Assembly: GCA_964588685.1 (NCBI GenBank)
Contig: CAZPQG010000003.1
Span: 36,179-100,178, forward strand
Length of the DNA stretch: 64,000 nt
Direction of reading: 5' to 3'
Origin: an uncultured Pseudomonadales bacterium
Lineage (GTDB): Bacteria; Patescibacteriota; Microgenomatia; UBA1400; PJMF01
Shown here: positions 9,047 through 18,423 of the stretch, in pieces
Position numbering within the stretch: position 1 is the stretch's first letter
How the letters are laid out: each line of letters opens with the position of its first letter
Position numbers and translations under genes: made by a program
Notes under the pieces: generated by a model
What the model saw: only the letters and a program-made list of their open reading frames with translations
What the model was told of the DNA's origin: nothing
The model's database searches: none

Positions 9047-10069
9047 CCAAGACTCAGCAAAATCATTAATCATTCCAATTTTTTTTACATCAGCAAGCAG
9101 CATCACCAGACGATCAATCCCTAAACCCATGCCGGCATACAGTTGTTCAGTTTGATCGAGTTTATTCAAGGCAGCAATAAATTTTTGATCAATCGGATGA
9201 GTTGTCAGTTGGTTTTGCTGTCGGTAGCGCTGCTCTTGTTTGAAATATTTCTCCACTAAACCAGCATCGGTTTGTTCAGTGTTGCCGTTGCCAATTTCTA
9301 GGCCGGCTATATATAATTCAAAACGCTCCGCTATTTCCGACTGCTCTTTTTTAGGCAGACATAATGGCGAAATACGGCTAGGGTAATCTGTCACTAACAC
9401 CGGCTGCAGACCTAACTTCGGTGCTAGATAAGCAACAAAGATTTGATTAAACAACTCCTCCCAAGCAGCATTCTCAACTGAAAAATGGTGCTGCTGTGCT
9501 AGCTTGCGCATGGCTGACATGTTTAAACAAGTGGCTAAAGACTGTCCCATTTCTTGCTCAAATAAAGCCGCCAGCGAAACTTTAGACCAAGGTGGGCTGA
9601 GGTCGATCTCATAATCTTGATAATTTATAGCTGAAGTTGATGGTTTTTTTAAAAATGATGCCACTGATTGCTGAACAAAGTTAACTAACTGCTGAACATC
9701 AATCATAATTTGTTCATAATCAGCATTGCTTCGATACCACTCTAACATTAAAAATTCCGGCCGATGGTCGCTGTCAGCGGGTTCAGAATTTCTAAAAGCC
9801 GGCGCGATAGTAAATACTTTTTCAAAACCTTTAGCTAACATTTTTTTTAAACTTGCTTCCGGAGAAGTGGCTAAATACATTGTTTGCTGTTGATTCAGAT
9901 AACGCCATTCAGACTTGAAAGAATCAAGATTTGGCTCCAGCGGTAAAGTCTTATGTAATACAGGCGTCATAATCTCATTAAAATTTTGTTGCAAAAAAAA
10001 TCGTCTGACCGCTTGAATAATGTGCTCTTTAATAAGTAAAGGCTGATGAGGTGAAAGGTTATTTTTCAT
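9038..10069 (-). CDS. epmA: EpmA/GenX (PoxA)-type EF-P lysyl-transferase-like protein; a class II lysyl-tRNA synthetase catalytic-core paralog without an anticodon-binding domain
   Basis: 343 aa; 'FRNSEPADSDHRPEFLMLEWY', 'AERFELYIAGLEIGNG', 'HPIDQKFIAAL', 'GMGLGIDRLVML' align with E. coli EpmA motifs; 3' end overlaps the convergent gpmI by 9 nt. Confidence 0.7.
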   Translation of the reverse strand: MKNNLSPHQPLLIKEHIIQAVRRFFLQQNFNEIMTPVLHKTLPLEPNLDSFKSEWRYLNQQQTMYLATSPEASLKKMLAKGFEKVFTIAPAFRNSEPADSDHRPEFLMLEWYRSNADYEQIMIDVQQLVNFVQQSVASFLKKPSTSAINYQDYEIDLSPPWSKVSLAALFEQEMGQSLATCLNMSAMRKLAQQHHFSVENAAWEELFNQIFVAYLAPKLGLQPVLVTDYPSRISPLCLPKKEQSEIAERFELYIAGLEIGNGNTEQTDAGLVEKYFKQEQRYRQQNQLTTHPIDQKFIAALNKLDQTEQLYAGMGLGIDRLVMLLADVKKIGMINDFAESWLD

Positions 10070-10991
10070 TGCTATTTCCAGCTATCTTAGCATATATCTG
10101 TGATAAACCGCATACAAAATCAGACTCTGCGCAACCATGACAAAATTGAGCAGTAAAACCTAAAGGAATTTTTACCCTCTGCTGATAAACTTGCACTAGA
10201 TCTGCAATTGGTGTTGATATTTCACCCACAGGCCTAACGCCTTCACAGCAAGCATATACCATGCCGTCACTCATTACAGCTAGTTGATGGCAGCCTAAGT
10301 TTACCGGAGGAAAAATTTTTTTATTTTGAGCTATTTGAGCGAATTGTTTAGCATTTAAAAAGCCGAACTCATTATTTCGTGTTTTTGTTTGAGTTAGATT
10401 TTTAGCAGCAGGATGATAATTTAAATAAGTTAACGGTTTTCTAGGATGATAAGTAATGCGCGGCAAAAATCCCAACTTTTTCTGTAAATACTGTTCAAAT
10501 TGGTTGATTTGATCAAAATTTTTTTGACTGATCACTGAAAAAATCTCACAATGAAAGTTGAGCTCAAGAGCCCGCCGTAGAAACTGCCAAGTTTTGCTAA
10601 ATTGACCCTGACCACGATTAGAGTCATGAAACTTTGGCAGGCCGTCAATCGAAATTAATAAATTAATTAAATTAGGCTGAGTAAATTCTGCTAAACGGTC
10701 AAGAATGCCATTAGTAATAATCTCCACTATAATATTTTGTTGATTAAGCCGATTAGCAAAAACGTTTAACCAGGGTAATAGAAAAACTTCTCCACCACAT
10801 AAAGTAATAGTTTGTAATGATTGCTCAATTTTTGTTAAATATTGCTGATAACGCTTGATAAAATCAAATAATGTTTCTTGCGACAATCGCTCTTTAGTTT
10901 TACGAGTGTAGCACAACTTGCAATTAAGATTACATTTTTCTAAAGGTGATAGATAAAGGTGGCTAAGATTAAATTCTTGAGGAAGCAGCAT
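10059..10991 (-). CDS. Radical SAM enzyme with C-terminal SPASM/twitch-like cysteine cluster
   Basis: 310 aa; 'CNLNCKLCY' CX3CX2C, 'TLCGGEVFL' SAM-binding motif; C-terminal 'YACCEG...FCHGCAESDFVCG'; overlaps the epmA-like start by 11 nt. Confidence 0.7.
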   Translation of the reverse strand: MLLPQEFNLSHLYLSPLEKCNLNCKLCYTRKTKERLSQETLFDFIKRYQQYLTKIEQSLQTITLCGGEVFLLPWLNVFANRLNQQNIIVEIITNGILDRLAEFTQPNLINLLISIDGLPKFHDSNRGQGQFSKTWQFLRRALELNFHCEIFSVISQKNFDQINQFEQYLQKKLGFLPRITYHPRKPLTYLNYHPAAKNLTQTKTRNNEFGFLNAKQFAQIAQNKKIFPPVNLGCHQLAVMSDGMVYACCEGVRPVGEISTPIADLVQVYQQRVKIPLGFTAQFCHGCAESDFVCGLSQIYAKIAGNSNEK

Positions 10992-11012
10992 AAATAAACT
11001 AAACTTTTTCTT

Positions 11013-11831
11013 TTAATTAACTAGCAACTCTTTGTTCTGCACTATTCGTTGCAAATAGTGCAATAAGCCGTCCTCATCAGCATCCCCAATGACTTGATCC
11101 GCTATTTGCTTAAGTTCATCAACAGCATTCCCCATCACTACTTTGAAGCCTGCAGCTTGAATAAATTCTAAATCATTATGATTATCACCAAAGCCAATTA
11201 CCTTATCTGCCGGGATTTGAGTTAAACGCGACCATTGTTTTAAGCCCACAGCTTTATTGGTATTGTGAGCAGTGATTTCCGCATAATTAATTCCTTCGTT
11301 GCTGATCATAAATTTAATTTGAAGCTGATCTTTTAATTGGCTTAAAAAAGAATTATCAGGCTTAACTTCATAAAGGTGAACAGTGGTGATAGGTTCATCT
11401 TGATAAGTGGAAATAGGTCTAACCTCTCTGCTCAAATTATTTTGATAATCTTTGATATAAGCATCCTGCAAATAAAGAAATTCGTGAGAAGCTGCTTTAA
11501 ATCTTGACTCAGGTTTAATTAAATTGATCAGACTATGCACTAATTGCGGAGGAATTGTCTGTTGAAAAAAAATTTCTCCCTGAGCATTAACTAATTCTGC
11601 CCCGCCGCTGACAATATGAAACGAGCCGGGGTCAATGTCCGCAAAAACCGGTAAGATAGAGTCTTCAACCGCATGAAAGGACCGACCGGTACAAATTCCT
11701 ACTACATAACCCTTTTTATGAACTTTAGTTATAATTGAGATAAGCTTATCGGAAAAATTATAATTAGAATCTAATAAAGTACCATCCACATCAAATAATA
11801 AAGCTTTAAATTGATTAAGCTGCTGAGACAT
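11013..11831 (-). CDS. HAD-superfamily hydrolase, Cof-like (subfamily IIB) phosphatase
   Basis: 272 aa; 'LLFDVDGTLL' motif I, 'GICTGRS', 'IGFGDNHNDLEF' motif IV. Confidence 0.7.
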   Translation of the reverse strand: MSQQLNQFKALLFDVDGTLLDSNYNFSDKLISIITKVHKKGYVVGICTGRSFHAVEDSILPVFADIDPGSFHIVSGGAELVNAQGEIFFQQTIPPQLVHSLINLIKPESRFKAASHEFLYLQDAYIKDYQNNLSREVRPISTYQDEPITTVHLYEVKPDNSFLSQLKDQLQIKFMISNEGINYAEITAHNTNKAVGLKQWSRLTQIPADKVIGFGDNHNDLEFIQAAGFKVVMGNAVDELKQIADQVIGDADEDGLLHYLQRIVQNKELLVN

Positions 11832-11864
11832 AGTATGAAATAATAATTAATATCTGTTTAAAAA

Positions 11865-13010
11865 TTATTTTTTTCTTTTTTTATAATATTTTTTGCCCTG
11901 AATTTTTTTAGGCAGATAGCTGCCTTTTTCAGGGTACATCTCATAACCCTTGCCATAACCCTGCTCTTTCATTAAATTAGTCGGAGCATTACGAATTTTT
12001 AAAGGCACGGGTAAATTACCGTGTTTAGCCACATCTTTTTGAGCAGAACGTAAAGCATTATAAGCCCGGCGATCTTTTTTTGCTTCAGATAAATAAGTTG
12101 CGCCATGAACAAGATTTATTTCTGCTTCAGGCAGCCCCACTTGCTGCACAGCCTGAAAAACCTCATTAGCTACCACCAAGGCTGTAGGTTGACCCATACC
12201 AATATCTTCGGAAGCAAAAATCACCATTCGTCTGGCGATAAATAACGGATCTTCTCCTGCTGCCAACATACGAGCTAAATAATAAACGGCAGCATTGGTA
12301 TCGCCGGCTCTCATACTCTTAATAAAAGCGCTAATAGTATCATAGTGCTCATCACCATGCTTGTCGTAGCGTAAATGTTTATTTTGATAAGTTTTTTTTA
12401 GGTTGGCAATGGAAATGTCATTGTATAACTGCTGGCAGGCTTCAATAATATTTAAGGCTTGCCGAGCATCCTGATTAGCAAAATCAATAATCCAATTTTT
12501 AGCTTTATCCGGTATCTTAATTTCAGTGCGATCAATAATTTTACCAATTTGTTCATCAGTTAAAGGCTTTAAGGTAAAAACTCTCAGCCTGGATAATAAA
12601 GGTGAAATCACACTAAAGCTGGGATTTTCAGTTGTTGCCCCGATTAAAGTTAAATCGCCGCGTTCGACAAAAGGCAGTAAATAATCCTGCTGTGCTTTAT
12701 TAAATCTATGAATCTCATCTAAAAATAAGACCTTAGGTTGGTCAAAAAAAGGATCTTTTTGCACAAACTGCCTAATATCATTTTTCCCTGCTGAAACTGC
12801 GGACAGTGAAATCAAATCGGCATTAAAGGCTTTGGCATAAATTCTAGCCAAAGTAGTTTTGCCTACTCCGGGAGGACCCCATAATATAAATGAAAATAAA
12901 TGCTCCTGTTGAATCGCTTGAATAATAGGTTTGTTTTTACCAACTAGATGTTCTTGACCAATAAATTGGTTTAGTGAAGTGGGTCTAATTTTGTCTGCAA
13001 GCGGCTGCAT
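11865..13010 (-). CDS. rarA: Replication-associated recombination protein A (RarA/MgsA) AAA+ ATPase
   Basis: 381 aa; 'ILWGPPGVGKTTLARI', 'LFLDEIHRFNKAQQD', 'GATTENPSF'; Lys-rich C-terminus. Confidence 0.85.
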   Translation of the reverse strand: MQPLADKIRPTSLNQFIGQEHLVGKNKPIIQAIQQEHLFSFILWGPPGVGKTTLARIYAKAFNADLISLSAVSAGKNDIRQFVQKDPFFDQPKVLFLDEIHRFNKAQQDYLLPFVERGDLTLIGATTENPSFSVISPLLSRLRVFTLKPLTDEQIGKIIDRTEIKIPDKAKNWIIDFANQDARQALNIIEACQQLYNDISIANLKKTYQNKHLRYDKHGDEHYDTISAFIKSMRAGDTNAAVYYLARMLAAGEDPLFIARRMVIFASEDIGMGQPTALVVANEVFQAVQQVGLPEAEINLVHGATYLSEAKKDRRAYNALRSAQKDVAKHGNLPVPLKIRNAPTNLMKEQGYGKGYEMYPEKGSYLPKKIQGKKYYKKRKK

Positions 13011-13094
13011 AATATAAGAAAATAAATTTAAAACTGTCTAGATTAAAATTATTTGTTTGCCGGCTCTATCAAGACTAGTAATTAATATGAAATT

Positions 13095-13793
13095 TTAACT
13101 CCAAAATTCAGGGAAATGTTCAGCTATGAAGTTAGCTCTGGCTTCGCCTTTGAGTCGGGGTATAAATGGCCGGAAAGTTTGCAGATCGCTATCTACATCA
13201 CGTATCACAGATAAAAGTTTACTAATATAGTGCTGTAAATCTTCAGCTCGTTTAATATTTTCAATATAAAAATATTTTTTGTTGACTCGAGATGGATCAT
13301 CAGTGGCAACACCTGAGCTGACAGCACTAGACCGAGCCACAAAAGTACCAAGTTTTAAAAATGTTTGGATAAAGCCTCTGGTATAAGCCCCAGTATCTAC
13401 AATTTCAACTAAAGGCAAGGCCAGTGAATACCGGCTCACCGGAGTAGTGTAAATGAATTTGACCAACCTCCTGGTACTAACAATGGCAATGCTTTTTTTC
13501 CAAACAGCTGTCACCCACCACCAGCCAATGATAAAAAATAAAACAGCAATGATGGCAAAAATAAGCATTAAAGTTGAGCCGAGTGCTTGCTGCCAGGTAT
13601 TTTCTAAAAAGAAATTAAGCATTAAACCAATTAAAGCTATCAATGCCGCTGCTAAAAAAACAAATAACTGCCTAATAACTAGCATTAATCTATTTTCACG
13701 AGTTAAATATAAAATCCTTTCATCAGATGCCTGACCGGGAAATTTATATTGATAAGGAAATTTAAATTGTTTAACTTCAAAAATAGTTTTCAT
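13095..13793 (-). CDS. Membrane protein with bacterial PH-like (bPH_2/YdbS-type) domain
   Basis: 232 aa; two TM helices followed by a 'STRRLVKFIYTTPVSRYSLALPLVEIVD' PH-like segment. Confidence 0.35.
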   Translation of the reverse strand: MKTIFEVKQFKFPYQYKFPGQASDERILYLTRENRLMLVIRQLFVFLAAALIALIGLMLNFFLENTWQQALGSTLMLIFAIIAVLFFIIGWWWVTAVWKKSIAIVSTRRLVKFIYTTPVSRYSLALPLVEIVDTGAYTRGFIQTFLKLGTFVARSSAVSSGVATDDPSRVNKKYFYIENIKRAEDLQHYISKLLSVIRDVDSDLQTFRPFIPRLKGEARANFIAEHFPEFWS

Positions 13794-13951
13794 TGACTAA
13801 TCAATGATTAATAATAACTAACTACTTATTATTATATCAGGAAGGTATTGAAAGTTCATTTGTCCGTAAAGAAGATTAAATCTTAATAAAATATTAATAA
13901 TGCAAAAAAAACTGTTTGCTTATGAGCATGATAATTTAATTATTAACTAGC

Positions 13952-14671
13952 TTAATTATTCACCAATTGCTTTACTTGTCGCACTTCTTGAGGAGTTAAT
14001 TCTCTAGCTTCTCCAGCCTTAAGATTGCCCAGCTCTAAATTGCCAATTTTTACTCTTTTTAATCTAGTCACAGTTAAACCAGCTCGAGCAGCCATCCTTT
14101 TTATCTGTCGGTTGTGGCCCTCATGAATAGTGATGCTGAATTTAGCTCGAGGATCTTCCCTAAAAATTACCTTTACTTTAGCCGGAGCAGTGGTGAAATC
14201 TCCCAAATTAACCCCTTTTTCCAAATGATTGACCACTCGATTGGACAATATACCGTTAACCCAGACTAAATATTCTTTTTTAATTTCAAACTTCGGATGA
14301 GAAAGTTTGTAAGTTAACTGTCCGTCATTAGTTAGCAAAATCAAACCCTCACTATCTTGATCAAGCCTGCCCACCGGATATAGTCTGGCTGCAGCATCAA
14401 TTAAATCGATCACTGTTGTTCTGCCCTCAGGATCATGGCTGGTGGAAACTGCTCCCTCCGGCTTAAATAGTTTCCAATACTCTTTTGTCTCCGGTTGGGC
14501 TTTTTCACTAATTAGCTTCCCTTTAAAAATAATTTCGTCTTGATCGGAATTAATTTGCATGCCTAATTGCGCCGGCTGGTCATTCACCATTATCTCACCT
14601 TGTTCAATTAAATCATCAATCGAACGCCTGGATCCCAAGCCCAATGAGGCCAAATATTTATTTATTCTCAT
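13952..14671 (-). CDS. rRNA pseudouridine synthase (RsuA/RluB family) with N-terminal S4 domain
   Basis: 239 aa; 'MRINKYLASLGLGSRR' S4 domain, 'YPVGRLDQDSEGLILLTNDGQL' catalytic Asp motif. Confidence 0.85.
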   Translation of the reverse strand: MRINKYLASLGLGSRRSIDDLIEQGEIMVNDQPAQLGMQINSDQDEIIFKGKLISEKAQPETKEYWKLFKPEGAVSTSHDPEGRTTVIDLIDAAARLYPVGRLDQDSEGLILLTNDGQLTYKLSHPKFEIKKEYLVWVNGILSNRVVNHLEKGVNLGDFTTAPAKVKVIFREDPRAKFSITIHEGHNRQIKRMAARAGLTVTRLKRVKIGNLELGNLKAGEARELTPQEVRQVKQLVNN

Positions 14672-14929
14672 GTTTATTATTGTAACGCATTAATCATTAA
14701 CAATAGCCAGCTGTCTGATAATTCTATCACTTGCTGCTTGATAACATGTTGGGCAATTATTAATTTATGATATGATTAGTAAGAAGATATCAAATAAAAT
14801 TTGATTACAATTTAAAATTACTCTTAATTTTTTTAAATTTATTATCTAATTAATATTCCCTTGCATTAAACAGGGAGATTTTTTGCAAGACTAAGAAAGG
14901 AAAACATACCAAAAAATAACTTTTATCAA

Positions 14930-15520
14930 TTGCCTGATTTACCTTTTAGCTACCATTCTTTGTGGCCGTTTATTACTGAACATCAAGTAAGAATTCATCA
15001 TCAACACCATCATCAAGCTTATATTGATAATGCTAATCGACTCCTGAACGAGTTAAAACAAGCTCGAAAAGAAAAATCTTTAAATCAAATTCAATCATTG
15101 TCGCAAGCTTTAACTTTTAACTTAAGCGGCCATACGCTGCATTCTATTTTCTGGGAAAACCTTAAAAACAAAAATAATGATCCTCTATCTAAAACACTAG
15201 AAAAAGAAGTAAAAAAAACATTTGGCAATGTTGCTAACTTTAAAGATGAATTTTCTGCACTTGCCAACAGCGTTTTTGGTTCCGGCTGGGCTGCTTTGGC
15301 TTATAATCGGGAGAGCGAAAGCTTAATTATTTATCAAATCGAAAAACATAACAACAATTTACTACCTAACCACAAGATATTGTTATTAATCGATGTTTGG
15401 GAACATGCTTATTATATTGACTACTTGTATGACCGCCAACGTTATGTAGATGCTTTTTGGGAAGTAGTTAACTGGGAAGTAGTTGATCACCGCCTTAAAA
15501 AAGCGATGGACAAAAAGTAA
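14930..15520 (+). CDS. sodA: Fe/Mn superoxide dismutase
   Basis: 196 aa; 'HHQHHHQAYIDN', 'FGSGWAAL', 'DVWEHAYYIDY'. Confidence 0.9.
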   Translation: MPDLPFSYHSLWPFITEHQVRIHHQHHHQAYIDNANRLLNELKQARKEKSLNQIQSLSQALTFNLSGHTLHSIFWENLKNKNNDPLSKTLEKEVKKTFGNVANFKDEFSALANSVFGSGWAALAYNRESESLIIYQIEKHNNNLLPNHKILLLIDVWEHAYYIDYLYDRQRYVDAFWEVVNWEVVDHRLKKAMDKK

Positions 15521-15585
15521 ACTTTTATTGCTTAGCCGAAAAATATTTTTGAAACTTAATTGGTGCCGGAAACTTGTTTGAAGCT

Positions 15586-16452
15586 CTATAAAATTACAGA
15601 ATCTTTTTCAGCAGCATCAGCAGCAAGAACGTATAAATCTTGATTGTATTTACCCTCACCGACTTTAACGGCCTTCCCTTGCACCACTTTTTTCAAAGGC
15701 CGACACACCGGACAGCCTTCTTCACCTTGCGGACATTTATAATGTTCTAATTGTCTTGCTAATTTTATTTTTTTAGCTACTGTCATGACTGCTTGCCGAG
15801 CTTTTTTTAAATCAGGCAGCGGCTGTTCTTGCGGTTCATCGTCAGTAGCAAGATACCAGTAGCTGGCTCGAGCCACTTTTCTTTTTTGGACATTATTAAC
15901 CAATAAATAATAAATTGGCAGCTGTAATGACTGCTCATCCTCTTTTTTCCGACCTGTCTTAAAATCAATAATATGAACAGCATCCTGCTCTTCAAGATAT
16001 TCCAGCCAATCAATCTTGCCGCACAAAATAATATTATCTTCTTCAGATAACCAATAATGAGGCAGGTCTTCTTGAATTTTCACTGATAGTCTTTTAATTG
16101 GCCCGGGATTTTTCATAACTTTTTGCAACATTTCACGGCCCCTTTGCTTATATTGCTCTTCAGTTTTTTCATCAAAAAAACCACCCTTTTTTCCGGAAAC
16201 TTGCTCCCATTGCTGCTCAAATCTTTTGATTAATGATTTATCTAACCGTTCTTTTGTTGGCAAGACAGATAGCGACTCTAGGACTTGATGCACTACTTGA
16301 CCCAATGACATAGCAGCATTTACTAGTTGAATTTTATGGCCGGTGTCAGGATCGCGATAAACATTATTTAAATAATAAGCTTGAGGACACTTTAAAAAAT
16401 CACCAATTGAAGAATGAGACACCCAAACAGCGCTGTATTTATCTTTTGGCAT
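15586..16452 (-). CDS. PD-(D/E)XK nuclease of the Cas4/RecB-nuclease family with 4-Cys Fe-S cluster signature (orphan; no cas neighbours)
   Basis: 288 aa; Cys22 ('FLKCPQ') plus C-terminal 'CPQGEEGCPVCRP' (C-x5-C-x2-C); 'HIIDFKTGRK' RecB-family motif III. Confidence 0.6.
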   Translation of the reverse strand: MPKDKYSAVWVSHSSIGDFLKCPQAYYLNNVYRDPDTGHKIQLVNAAMSLGQVVHQVLESLSVLPTKERLDKSLIKRFEQQWEQVSGKKGGFFDEKTEEQYKQRGREMLQKVMKNPGPIKRLSVKIQEDLPHYWLSEEDNIILCGKIDWLEYLEEQDAVHIIDFKTGRKKEDEQSLQLPIYYLLVNNVQKRKVARASYWYLATDDEPQEQPLPDLKKARQAVMTVAKKIKLARQLEHYKCPQGEEGCPVCRPLKKVVQGKAVKVGEGKYNQDLYVLAADAAEKDSVIL

Positions 16453-16599
16453 ACTTGTTAAGACATAATCTTATTAACAAACTGTTTAATAAACAACCGA
16501 TAATTCTTTTAATTCTTTATTTGGATTTCCTTTTAATATTTAACTTATGCGAAAAATAAATTTCGCTTATTGTTAGTAACATTATAACCCCAGTAATAT

Positions 16600-17616
16600 T
16601 TATTTATAAATACCAGGCACATCGGTGCCGCATTCAGGGCAGACACCATCTTCTATATAAGATTCAACTAAATAAACGTCACGATCAACCAATAACTTAG
16701 AACAATTAGCACAATAGGTGTTACTTAAACTTTTATCTTTAATATTACCGGCATAAATATAATTTAAGCCTGCTTCTTTACCTATGCTTCTAGCTTTTTT
16801 AATAGTTGAAAGAGGTGTAGCCTGAACATCATCCATTTTATAGGTTGGATAAAAACGGCTGATATGCCAAGGAATATCCGGACTGATATCAGCTATAAAC
16901 TCAGCAATTTGTGTTAATTCTTTTTCGGAATCATTCTGACCGGGAATAATCAAAGTTGTAATTTCCAGCCAAATACCATTTTCATATATTAAGGCAATAG
17001 AATCCAACACATTTGACAAATTTGCTCCACAAATTTTTTTGTAAAAAGTTTTATCAAAAGATTTTAAATCAACATTAACAGCAGCAATAACTTCGCCCAT
17101 CAGTTTAATTACTTCTGGTGTTTGGTAGCCGTTGGTGACAAAAATATTTTTAAGATTATTTTCTTGGGCTAAGATAGCTGTATCATAAGCGTATTCAAAA
17201 AATATGGTCGGCTCAGTGTAAGTGTAGGCTATTGATTGACAATTAAAATTTAAAGCATTATCCACAGCTTTCTGAGGTGGTAGATCTTCTCCAATAATTT
17301 GGGCTGTTTCGCCTTTAGTAATTTGCGAGATTTGCCAATTTTGACAAAAACTACAACGAAAATTACAACCAGCTGAAGCCAGTGAGTATGAATCGCTGCC
17401 CGGTAAAAAATGATATAAAGGTTTTTTTTCAATGGGATCAACATGGTCAGCAATAATTTTACCGTAATTAAGAGTGACCAATTCTCCATCTTGATTCTGT
17501 CTGACTCCACACAAACCTCTGTCATTTTTAGCAATTACGCATCGCTGACGGCATAAATTGCATTGCACCTTTGTGCCTTCTGTTTTTTTCCAAAATCGTG
17601 CAGAATGAGGTTTCAT
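16600..17616 (-). CDS. AmmeMemoRadiSam system radical SAM enzyme
   Basis: 338 aa; 'CNFRCSFCQN' cluster motif; C-terminal 'CANCSKLL...CPECG' second cysteine cluster; neighbours are AMMECR1 and MEMO1 homologs. Confidence 0.8.
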   Translation of the reverse strand: MKPHSARFWKKTEGTKVQCNLCRQRCVIAKNDRGLCGVRQNQDGELVTLNYGKIIADHVDPIEKKPLYHFLPGSDSYSLASAGCNFRCSFCQNWQISQITKGETAQIIGEDLPPQKAVDNALNFNCQSIAYTYTEPTIFFEYAYDTAILAQENNLKNIFVTNGYQTPEVIKLMGEVIAAVNVDLKSFDKTFYKKICGANLSNVLDSIALIYENGIWLEITTLIIPGQNDSEKELTQIAEFIADISPDIPWHISRFYPTYKMDDVQATPLSTIKKARSIGKEAGLNYIYAGNIKDKSLSNTYCANCSKLLVDRDVYLVESYIEDGVCPECGTDVPGIYK

Positions 17617-17850
17617 AATTAAGACTTGATTTAATACGCAGCAATAATTATTAACAGCTAAAGTTAAAAACTAATTATTATTAATAAAAAATAACTATTA
17701 AAAAATAAATTCAAAAATTGCTTGTTTTTAACCAATTTACTGCTATTTTGATTATACTTTGTATACATATTAAGTATACATCTATATTAGGAAAAGTTAA
17801 ACTTATTGTTGCTAAATTTACAAACTCTAAATCTTTTAAACCTTCAAAAA

Positions 17851-18423
17851 TTATTCTTGATAGACTTCTGCTTCAAATACATATATTTTAGCTTGAGGAT
17901 TCTGCCAACAAGTCTTTTTTAAACCTAATTTATGAGCACATAACATATTCAACAGCTCTTCTCGATCATAGCCGTATTCAACAGCCACCTGCGGTAAAAA
18001 AACACCTTTTCTGCCTCTTAACTCAATAATTACTCCATGTTTACTAACTTCAAGTTCAGCCGGATCTGCAATTAATTCTGGTTTAGTTAAAATAGAAACT
18101 TCAATCTTAATTTGATCAAGCTCATCCGGCCGTACTGGGTCAAAACGTGGATCCTCTAAAGCAGCTGCCGCCGCCATTTTTTGAAGATTGTGCCACAAAG
18201 TTTGTTTTGCCTCGATGACTCCTATACAGCCCCTCAATTGCTTATTTTTTTTTAACGTCACAAACACACCCAGCTGCTGTTTAAATCTTGGGTGGGTAAA
18301 ATTGGGTTGGGGTATGCCTAAATTACTCACGCTTGCTTCTAAAGATTCACGAGCTAACTGTAAAACTTCTTGCTTAAACTTGCTGTCAGTTCGCGGTTGA
18401 AAGTTATTCATTTTTTTTACCAT
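17851..18423 (-). CDS. AMMECR1-domain protein
   Basis: 190 aa; 'LRGCIGVIEA' conserved AMMECR1 motif; start overlaps the MEMO1 stop. Confidence 0.8.
   Translation of the reverse strand: MVKKMNNFQPRTDSKFKQEVLQLARESLEASVSNLGIPQPNFTHPRFKQQLGVFVTLKKNKQLRGCIGVIEAKQTLWHNLQKMAAAAALEDPRFDPVRPDELDQIKIEVSILTKPELIADPAELEVSKHGVIIELRGRKGVFLPQVAVEYGYDREELLNMLCAHKLGLKKTCWQNPQAKIYVFEAEVYQE

Noticed and set aside
10059-10991. Calling the radical SAM next to epmA as EpmB/KamA (lysine 2,3-aminomutase)
   Set aside because: The sequence has a GGE-type SAM motif and a C-terminal SPASM/twitch-like CxxC...C cluster rather than the KamA PLP-binding architecture; left as generic rSAM/SPASM.
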